Shown here one piece after another: positions 56,661-64,000 of a stretch of 64,000 bases of DNA. The notes below the pieces were generated by a model. That model was not told the DNA's origin and made no database searches. It saw only the letters and a program-made list of their open reading frames with translations. The position numbers and the translations under genes are program-made. Positions within the stretch are counted from its first letter, which is position 1. Every line of letters starts with the position of its first letter. The stretch spans positions 480,001-544,000 of the forward strand of contig CBDCYI010000009.1 in assembly GCA_965224085.1 (NCBI GenBank). The letters are read 5' to 3'. Origin of the DNA: Candidatus Marinacidobacterales bacterium (GTDB taxonomy: Bacteria > Acidobacteriota > Vicinamibacteria > Marinacidobacterales > SMYC01).

Positions 56661-59600
56661 ATGAGCGACGCAGCGGTGGCGCCAGAACTCGTGAGGGCCG
56701 CCAAGTCCTATGCGCGGGATGCCGGTACCTTGATCGCGACCGGTTCGACGACGGAGGCCACCTACTACCCTGCCATCAAGGCGCTCGTCGCTGCAGCGCT
56801 CAGCGTCGAGGACCTGCCGTTTGACGTGCGGGTCAATACGAGTGAGGAGAAACCGGACGGCGGTATCAATCTTCCGGATGTCGCCCTCTACGACGCGGGC
56901 GGCCAGTTCCTCGTGGTGTGCGGCGAAGTCAAGCTTCCCGATACGGAGCTTGAAGAGCTCGCCATGTCGACGGATCGCAACGACCAGATCGGGCGCTACC
57001 TGGCCTCTACGCGGGCCGTTCTGCTCTCAAATGTGCGTGCGTTCGGACTCTTGACCGTCAAACCCGACTGGGACGGCAGCGGACCGGTGCCGCCCAAGAC
57101 GCGGCGTATCGAGCAAGTCGTTGATCTGTGGCCTTCGCCTGCGGCGCTGAAACAGAAGAAGCCAATCGATGCAGCGTCACTCGCCGCTTTCGCTGAGCTA
57201 GTCGAAACGGCTGTCACTCGCTACGCGCCAATCGCCGAGCCGGAATCGCTCGCGCGCATCATGGCGCTGCAGGCTAGACGCGCAAAGGCCGACTTGCCGG
57301 CCAAATTCACCCATGCCGTGCAGGGCCTGCTGGATGACTTCGGCAAGGCGCTGGGCGTGACATTCGAAGGCCCAGAGGGCGAGGAGTTCCTGCGCTCTTC
57401 CCTGATCCAGACAGCCTTCTACGGCCTTTTCGCTGGCTGGGCGCTGTGGTGGCAGGGCGAGCGCAAGTGGCCGTTTCGCTGGGAGGATTTGGCAGATTAT
57501 CTGAAGATTCCGTTTTTGGGCAGTCTGTTCTACGAATTCAGGCACCCATCGCGTATCAAGGAGCTGCGGCTCGCAAAGCATCTGGACATCGGGACGGAGA
57601 CCCTGACGCGTGTCGACCCCGAAAGGTTTTTCAAACGCTTCCGGCCGCCGACGCTTGACGAGGACACGCAGGCAACGACGACGGCGATCATGTATTTCTA
57701 CGAGCCCTTCCTCGAAGCGTTCGATCCGAAGCTTCGGAAGGAGCTGGGCGTGTGGTACACGCCGACGCATGTCATCCGCTACCAAGTCGCCAAGATTGAT
57801 CGCCTGTTGCGGGATGAACTCGGCTGCAGCCGAGGCTTTGCGGATGAGCGCGTCGTGGTTCTCGATCCGGCCTGCGGCACGGGCGCCTATCTTATGGAGG
57901 TTCTGCGCCACATGGCGCGGCAGCTTGCCGACGAAGGCGTGCAGGCCACACTTCCGGCGCAGTTGCTCGATGCGATGTGCCGGCGCTTCATCGGCTTTGA
58001 GATCCTTACGGCGCCTTTCGTGGTGGCGCAGCTGCAGGTCTATCTCCTGCTCTCGCAGGCTGGCGCGGAGCCGGACCCGAACCACCGGCCTGCGATCTTC
58101 CTGACGAATGCCCTCACGGGCTGGCACGGGCCGGACCAACTGAAGCTTAACTTCCCGGAGCTTCAGGAGGAGCACGACGCGGCGCGCGGCGTGAAGCGCG
58201 ATGCCAAGGTCATCGTTGTGCTCGGCAATCCCCCTTACAACCGCTTCGCCGGGATGCCACTGGAGGAGGAAGCAGCGCTCGTCGATCACTACAAGGGGAT
58301 CAAAAGAAACAAGGACGGCAAGCAGATAGGCCAGTCCGCGCTCTTCATCCGCTGGCGCATTCGCAAGCAGCTGCTCGACGATTTGTATGTGCGCTTCCTG
58401 AGGCTTGCTGAGGTTCGCATTGGCGAGAAGGCAGAGTTTGGCGTAGTGTCATACATCTCGAATTCATCCTTCCTGAGCGGGCGGTCGCATCCCATGATGC
58501 GCGAATCCCTGCTGCACAGTTTCCATGCGATCTGGATCGACAACCTTAACGGCGACAAGTACAAGACCGGCAAGGTCATCCCGGCCGGGCTGCCGGGTGA
58601 AGGCACGGCGGATCAAAGCATTTTCACCACCGGACATGACCCGCGCGGCATTCAGGTGGGGACCTGCATCACGACCTATCTAAAGCGCAAGCCGGTCACA
58701 CAGAATACCGGCGCAATCGCCGCGGTTAGTTACCGCAACTTCTGGGGCCGCGCGGAAGGCAAACGGGAGGCTCTTGTTGCGTCGTTGACTCTGAAGTCGT
58801 GGCCAAGAGCGAAGAGCGCGGGGGCCGCCCGCACACCGGCGGGACCGCGCGGTTATGAGCAATTCGTCCCGACAGACGCGACCGGCTGGCGTCTGATGCC
58901 CGCGAGCGGCAACGGCTTCGAGGAATGGCCGGGATTTGACGACGTCTTCCCTGTGTATTTTCAGGGCGTGAATCCGAATCGAGGCCTTGAAGGCAGCGTG
59001 ATCGACACAGATCGAACGGCGCTCGAAGAAAGAATGCGCGACTACTTTTCGAAGTCCAGCTTTGGCGAATTGAAGAAGCGCCATCCGATTCTATGCACTG
59101 AACGCGCGCGGTACAAGCCACAGGTGGCGCGTGAAACAATCCTAGCTGAGGGCAACTTCGATAGAGGGAAGGTGTTGCCCTATGTCGTGTTTCCGTTCGA
59201 TGTGCGCTGGATTTACTACGAGCGCGAGGCGAAGTTCCTTAACGAAAGTCGGCCTGATCTTGGTGATCATCTAAAGGACAACGAATTCCTCGTTAGTGCC
59301 CCGAAGGCCCGGCGCGTGTCAGAGAGCCGACCGCTCGTCTTGTCCTGGCTCTTCGATCTGCACCTGCACGATTGGGGTTCGGTGGGATTCCCTGCCGAGG
59401 TTAATCCTGATGAAGGGATCGTCGACCTCTTCAAGTCCCATCCTACCGACCTCAAGCGCAGCGCCAATCTCGCCGAGGGCGTCTGGACTGTTCTAAAGGA
59501 TGCCTGGGGAAAGAAGGGGGATCTAACAGGTAGGGACGCGAAGCGCCTGTGCCGGGGGCTTTTCCGCTACTGTCTTGCAATCAGCCATGCGCCGCAGTAC

Positions 59601-60236
59601 GAGGCCGACCACAAGGAGTCGCTCGCGCAGGACTGGCCGCATATCCCGATCTGCAAGGACGCAGCGGGATTCAATGAGATAGCAACGCTCGGGGAGCGGC
59701 TCGCGCGGCTGCTCGACCCGCAGGGTGATGCCGGCTTCGTTCTCAAGGACCTGCTCGACGAGGACGCGAAGACTCTTGCAGTTGTGCGCCAGGGCGCGAG
59801 GGGCAGCGTCAAGGAATCCGATCTTGTTGTTGAGCACAGATACTTTGGCAGTGCTGCGGGCAAGTGGGAAGAGAGGGCGCCGGAGGACACTGAGTCGCAG
59901 CATCCGGAGTGGGGTGCGCTCACCGGTGATCTCTATTTGAGCGACACGGTCTTCTTGAGTCACGTCCCGAAGGCCGTGTGGCGTTACGAAATGGGCGGTT
60001 ATCCAGTTCTGAAAAAGTGGCTCGGTTACCGCGATGCGCGGCGCCGGGACGGCGCTCCCTTGACCCTTGCTGAACTCGCGGATCTGCGCGGTATGATCCA
60101 TCGTATCGCTGCGCTCCTCACGCTTCGGCCGACCCTCGACAATGCCTACGAGAAGGCAAGCGCAGACGCCTGGCTGATCGACGAATTGACCGGCGAGGCA
60201 TCTGCAAAGCTCCCGGCCAGGCGCAACGATTCTTGA
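56661..60236 (+). CDS. Single-chain RM enzyme (PD-ExK nuclease, N6-MTase, type ISP-like TRD; no helicase)
   Basis: PDV..GEVK, YFYEPFL..GVWYTP, DPACGTG, GNPPY, GGYPVLKKWLGYR. Confidence 0.88.
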   Translation: MSDAAVAPELVRAAKSYARDAGTLIATGSTTEATYYPAIKALVAAALSVEDLPFDVRVNTSEEKPDGGINLPDVALYDAGGQFLVVCGEVKLPDTELEELAMSTDRNDQIGRYLASTRAVLLSNVRAFGLLTVKPDWDGSGPVPPKTRRIEQVVDLWPSPAALKQKKPIDAASLAAFAELVETAVTRYAPIAEPESLARIMALQARRAKADLPAKFTHAVQGLLDDFGKALGVTFEGPEGEEFLRSSLIQTAFYGLFAGWALWWQGERKWPFRWEDLADYLKIPFLGSLFYEFRHPSRIKELRLAKHLDIGTETLTRVDPERFFKRFRPPTLDEDTQATTTAIMYFYEPFLEAFDPKLRKELGVWYTPTHVIRYQVAKIDRLLRDELGCSRGFADERVVVLDPACGTGAYLMEVLRHMARQLADEGVQATLPAQLLDAMCRRFIGFEILTAPFVVAQLQVYLLLSQAGAEPDPNHRPAIFLTNALTGWHGPDQLKLNFPELQEEHDAARGVKRDAKVIVVLGNPPYNRFAGMPLEEEAALVDHYKGIKRNKDGKQIGQSALFIRWRIRKQLLDDLYVRFLRLAEVRIGEKAEFGVVSYISNSSFLSGRSHPMMRESLLHSFHAIWIDNLNGDKYKTGKVIPAGLPGEGTADQSIFTTGHDPRGIQVGTCITTYLKRKPVTQNTGAIAAVSYRNFWGRAEGKREALVASLTLKSWPRAKSAGAARTPAGPRGYEQFVPTDATGWRLMPASGNGFEEWPGFDDVFPVYFQGVNPNRGLEGSVIDTDRTALEERMRDYFSKSSFGELKKRHPILCTERARYKPQVARETILAEGNFDRGKVLPYVVFPFDVRWIYYEREAKFLNESRPDLGDHLKDNEFLVSAPKARRVSESRPLVLSWLFDLHLHDWGSVGFPAEVNPDEGIVDLFKSHPTDLKRSANLAEGVWTVLKDAWGKKGDLTGRDAKRLCRGLFRYCLAISHAPQYEADHKESLAQDWPHIPICKDAAGFNEIATLGERLARLLDPQGDAGFVLKDLLDEDAKTLAVVRQGARGSVKESDLVVEHRYFGSAAGKWEERAPEDTESQHPEWGALTGDLYLSDTVFLSHVPKAVWRYEMGGYPVLKKWLGYRDARRRDGAPLTLAELADLRGMIHRIAALLTLRPTLDNAYEKASADAWLIDELTGEASAKLPARRNDS

Positions 60237-61539
60237 CCGCCCATGGTGTGCCTTCTATTTATTCATCCGCGCGCACCGAACTTGCTAAGCTGCTGATTTA
60301 TGGTCTATTTCGAAAGATCCGAGTTTTGGCACAGGACGGGGAACTCGAATCGCCGACATCGCCTCCGACCCCCAGATCTGGGGCTCGCCACGGGTTGATG
60401 ACGATCGAAACGGCCTCGACGCGCCGACCTTGCGTTCGTTTGTGTTTTTGGACACGACGGGCGAGGTCGCCGCTTGATCTGATACCATCACGAGGACGCG
60501 GAGAAGCGCCATTCTTTTCCACGAGATCAGGTACGCATCCGAACCGCGTCGCGTTGTCGGCGTTGCACCGGATGCACCGGAGTTTGTAGGAAGTAGGAAG
60601 TAGCCGACGTGGAAGTGTCCAGACGCTCCAGACGCGCTCCGCTCGGCCGCGAAGTTAGGCGGAGGGACAGGCCCGGTCCCGACACACGCGGCCGCCGCGA
60701 GTTCGACCGACGCCCGAGAATCGCAATCGAAAATCATTGCCGCGTGAGGCGAGGACGGATTGTGGTAATCTCCGCCCTGGCTCCGCTCGTGCATGGCGTT
60801 ACAAACGCACGTCAGAGACCCGTTTTCGCTCCCGCCTGGCCGGTTTCGGTTCCGGTCGCAAAATCCCGCCTTTTTGGGGAGCCGTTCGGCTCCCCACCCG
60901 CCCTTCATCGACATCTTCGGGAAGTACGAGTTCATCTCCATGAGTTCATCTCCATAGCAAGCTCGATTCGCTCGGCAAAGACGGGGTACCCTAAGAAATT
61001 CGGAGCCCCACAGGAAGCGGAACTGGTCGAGGTGCGAGCCACGAGCGAAGCCGCGCATGGACTCGGTGCGTGGTGGGCTGTTCCGGTTCGACCCGCAAGG
61101 AGGTGATGGAAGTCATGAAGCACGTTATCGCGATATCTTTGGCAGCAACGATCGTCGTTCTATGGCTGGCTGTGCCTTCTATTTACTCATCCGCGCGCAC
61201 CGAACTTGATTAGTCTCCGGTCTGCCGGCACCATGCCGGCATGATTTCGTCGTTTGTTCGCGCTCTCATCTCTGCGTTCAAGGCTCGTCGTGAGCTAGCT
61301 CTCGAGAATGTCGCTCTTCGGCAGTAGCTCGCCGTCCTCAGCCGTTCGGTGAAACGGCCGCGGCTCTCGAATGTCCCTGAGCGATGAACTATTATCGGTC
61401 GCAGGAAGGCTCCGCCCCAGATAGCGAGACTCAACTCAAACAGTCTCCGGAAAGCCCGGGGCTGTCCCTTCCATTTAATTGATCCAAATGAATTTAGAGC
61501 CCCGACCGCCATCATCTAAGGGTTCGTCATGGGGTGCCG

Positions 61540-61591
61540 AGTGTGCAATTTTCGTCCGCCACAAATGTGCAATTTACAGCCGCCGCTAACA
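61540..61591 (-). mobile_element. IS21-like terminal remnant
   Basis: Minus strand TGT terminus with two GGCGG..AAATTGCACA subterminal repeats. Confidence 0.55.
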
Positions 61592-62618
61592 ATGGTGACG
61601 ATCGCTACCCCGTCCTGTGCCAAAACTCGGCCCTCTTGAAATAGGCCATAAATCAGCAACTTATCGGCGCGGTAGGCTGGCTTATTGAGGCGTTCCCGTG
61701 ATAGGCTCGCGCCGTTAAATGGGTATGCCAGCGGCAATCTCCCAACAGGCGGTTACCACCGAGGGGCAAGCGTCCCCGTCCTGTGCCAAAACTCGGCCCT
61801 ATTGAAATAGACCATAAATCAGCAGCTTAGTGTCTGTGTTTGCGACTGGGCCAAGGGTCGTAGGCCGATCCGCGGCGAGACGTCGCCTAGGTAACCCCAC
61901 TTTCTCTATCCAGGCAATCCACAACTTTCAGGAATATGCGGAGGAGCCGACAATGATAACGGCACTGGGCTGGTTCACATACCGCGAGTGAGTGCCAACT
62001 CGGCGGCAAAAACCCTTCAGTTCTTCTTCCGACGATTCCCCGCTAGGATCGTCATCGTCCTGTGCATGATGTTCGCCACGAGAGTATTCGTTGATGTCAC
62101 GCAGGTCCTCGATCCCACCCTTGTACGGGTGGGGGGCACTCAAAAATGGCCGCTGAGCAGCGCTTTCACGCTGGCTTTTCCCACTCGCTTCGTGGCACAC
62201 TGGATCGCCTTTCGTGGCGTCGCATCTGTTGTCTGCAAAAACAAAGTTTAGATGCGAAAAGCCCACAGCTCCTGGTCACTGCCAGAAGCTGTGGGCTACT
62301 CTCTCACTCGAGCCCGTCCGAGATCAAAGCGTCACACGCCCGCTCCTCTGACATTCACGCTGAAACAAAACCCTCCCTACCCGTCATTGGTACTGCAACG
62401 TAACACCCCTCAACCGCCTTGTCTCGCTGCTCGAGTTCTGCTACCCTCACCGGGACTTAATCGGGCCGCACAGCCCTATCCCTTGGGGAAAATTCGAGCG
62501 GATCGGCGACGGACACGTATGAAATCTCCTATCTTTTCCAGGGCGTTCGAGCCTACTCCGGATCCCGCTTGAACCTCTGCTCGGGGGCCGATACAATCCC
62601 CTACAGGTCCAGATCCCC

Positions 62619-63968
62619 ATGAGGATTCGGATGTCCCACAGGCTCTTCTTCGCGCTTCTGCTGCTTTCCCTCTACGGCCCTACCCTGGCCAACGGCAAGG
62701 ACATTGTCGCCTCGCCCTCGTCTGCGAAAGTGATCGTGTTCTTAGACGGCAGATGGATGCGGGTGCAGCGTTACATAGCCGTGGAACCCGTGGTCTTGAT
62801 CACCACCACCGATGGGAAACTCCGGTCGGTGCGCCGGTCCTCTGTCAACCTGGAGGCCACGGAGCGGAAGTGGGGGATAGCATTGGCCGAGAATCGTCCT
62901 CGAAGCATAACAGATCGGCCAAACGGCTCTTTGTCGACTGGCGATCGCTTTGCTCTTCGCTCGACGTCGCTGGGAACGCATACCGATCACAAATTAACGT
63001 TTCCGATAAAGCGCTCACAGCTCAAGTTCTCGTTCGCTCGACAAAGGATGGATCCAAAGAAGCTGAAAAATCTGAAGCAGCTGTCCGAATATTTGAGCGA
63101 AAGAAATACGCTTATGCAATCCTCCGGAACTGTTCCCCTTCTTGACAAGCGGCTAGATAGTGAAGTCGAACTTGGTTACAGCTATATCCCCGGTGAACCG
63201 GAGCTTGGCGGGAAGAAAGGGGCGGCGGCGGCTCGGCTCGGCCTCAAGGGAAAATGGGATCGCGTGAAGTACTGGGGCGAGTACAGCTTCTATGGCAAAG
63301 AATTTACGAATATCCGGCGTCCCACTCTTAAGGACCGTGTGGGAGGGAAGATTGGAGCGAAGTTGAAATTGGGCGTTCTCAGTTCGAAAGCGGAGCTCAC
63401 CCGGTTTCATAACGATGTCCAGCGGGATCCTACTGAATCTCAGACCATTAAGTCTCAGGGAAAGGTATCCTTCGATCTGGCGGTTCCGCAGTGGCCAAAG
63501 TTGACACTCACCTATAAGCGCAGGGACAAAGAAACATCCAGGCCAAACGGCACAGTGAGCCAAAAGTTTTCAGCCAACACGGTAAGTGGGACGTTGCGGT
63601 ACTCGCGATCGACGTGGGAGATCAAGCCCTCCCTCAAGTTCACCCGGTATATCTACCCTTCGCGCGATTACCGCAAGGAGAGACTTTATGCCTCTTTGGT
63701 TTCAGATTACTCCATCATAGAGAGGTCGATGACCCTTTCTCTCACTGGAAGATTCACCGCCGATAAGGCCACCGATGGAGATTACGATACTCAACGTTTC
63801 GACGGCTCTATAGGGTTAGTAAAGAATGTTAGCAACGTATTCGGCCTTCCTGACGATAAGGCGATCCTGTCTGTTAAGCTGAATTACAGCCGATATATCG
63901 ACCTGGTCGATCAGGGCGCCGATCTTGAAAAATACTCCGTACTTTTACTGTGTGAGATTAGCCCCTAA
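62619..63968 (+). CDS. Secreted/outer-membrane beta-barrel-like hypothetical protein
   Basis: Signal peptide, many alternating beta strands. Confidence 0.65.
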   Translation: MRIRMSHRLFFALLLLSLYGPTLANGKDIVASPSSAKVIVFLDGRWMRVQRYIAVEPVVLITTTDGKLRSVRRSSVNLEATERKWGIALAENRPRSITDRPNGSLSTGDRFALRSTSLGTHTDHKLTFPIKRSQLKFSFARQRMDPKKLKNLKQLSEYLSERNTLMQSSGTVPLLDKRLDSEVELGYSYIPGEPELGGKKGAAAARLGLKGKWDRVKYWGEYSFYGKEFTNIRRPTLKDRVGGKIGAKLKLGVLSSKAELTRFHNDVQRDPTESQTIKSQGKVSFDLAVPQWPKLTLTYKRRDKETSRPNGTVSQKFSANTVSGTLRYSRSTWEIKPSLKFTRYIYPSRDYRKERLYASLVSDYSIIERSMTLSLTGRFTADKATDGDYDTQRFDGSIGLVKNVSNVFGLPDDKAILSVKLNYSRYIDLVDQGADLEKYSVLLLCEISP

Positions 63969-64000
63969 TCTCATGCCCTCTTTCAGGCGTCCAGGAGGTT

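Noticed and set aside
60480-62600. Several short ORFs, including 61988-62251
   Set aside because: No recognisable motifs; mostly element debris; cannot support calls

Overview
Two-part window from a GC-rich Gram-negative bacterium (Acidobacteria-like gene set; taxonomy is inference). 1-14231 is housekeeping and envelope chromosome: mltG, ruvX, a degenerate RtcA homologue, EnvC-like M23, a degenerate S41 protease, GWxTD, TPR, hflX, rsgA, lpxB, a matrixin/OMP operon and tRNA-Thr(CGT). From the tRNA onward (~14.2-62 kb) is a heavily scrambled island of IS3, IS5, IS6, IS110/IS1111, IS256, IS21, IS1-like and many rve/IS481-like elements, orphan IS ends, MITEs and a group II intron remnant. Its cargo includes three TA pairs, a PspA-polyamine-K+ channel cluster with a hidden J-domain gene, a second lgt, a PTP-ADP-ribosylglycohydrolase fusion, an intact type IIG/ISP-like RM gene, and fragments of CBASS, DISARM-like, type I RM, Abi and possibly Dsr genes. 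Most notable: two IS110-family elements whose bridge-RNA guides can be read from the DNA (one apparently programmed against IS6 terminal repeats, one against a hairpin in a DUF4178 gene and leaving a tandem array of right ends); a 446-bp transposase-less cassette carrying a membrane-protein gene; and a 56-bp IHF-containing element end present 12 times at gene breakpoints. All protein calls are by motif recognition only; no searches were run.
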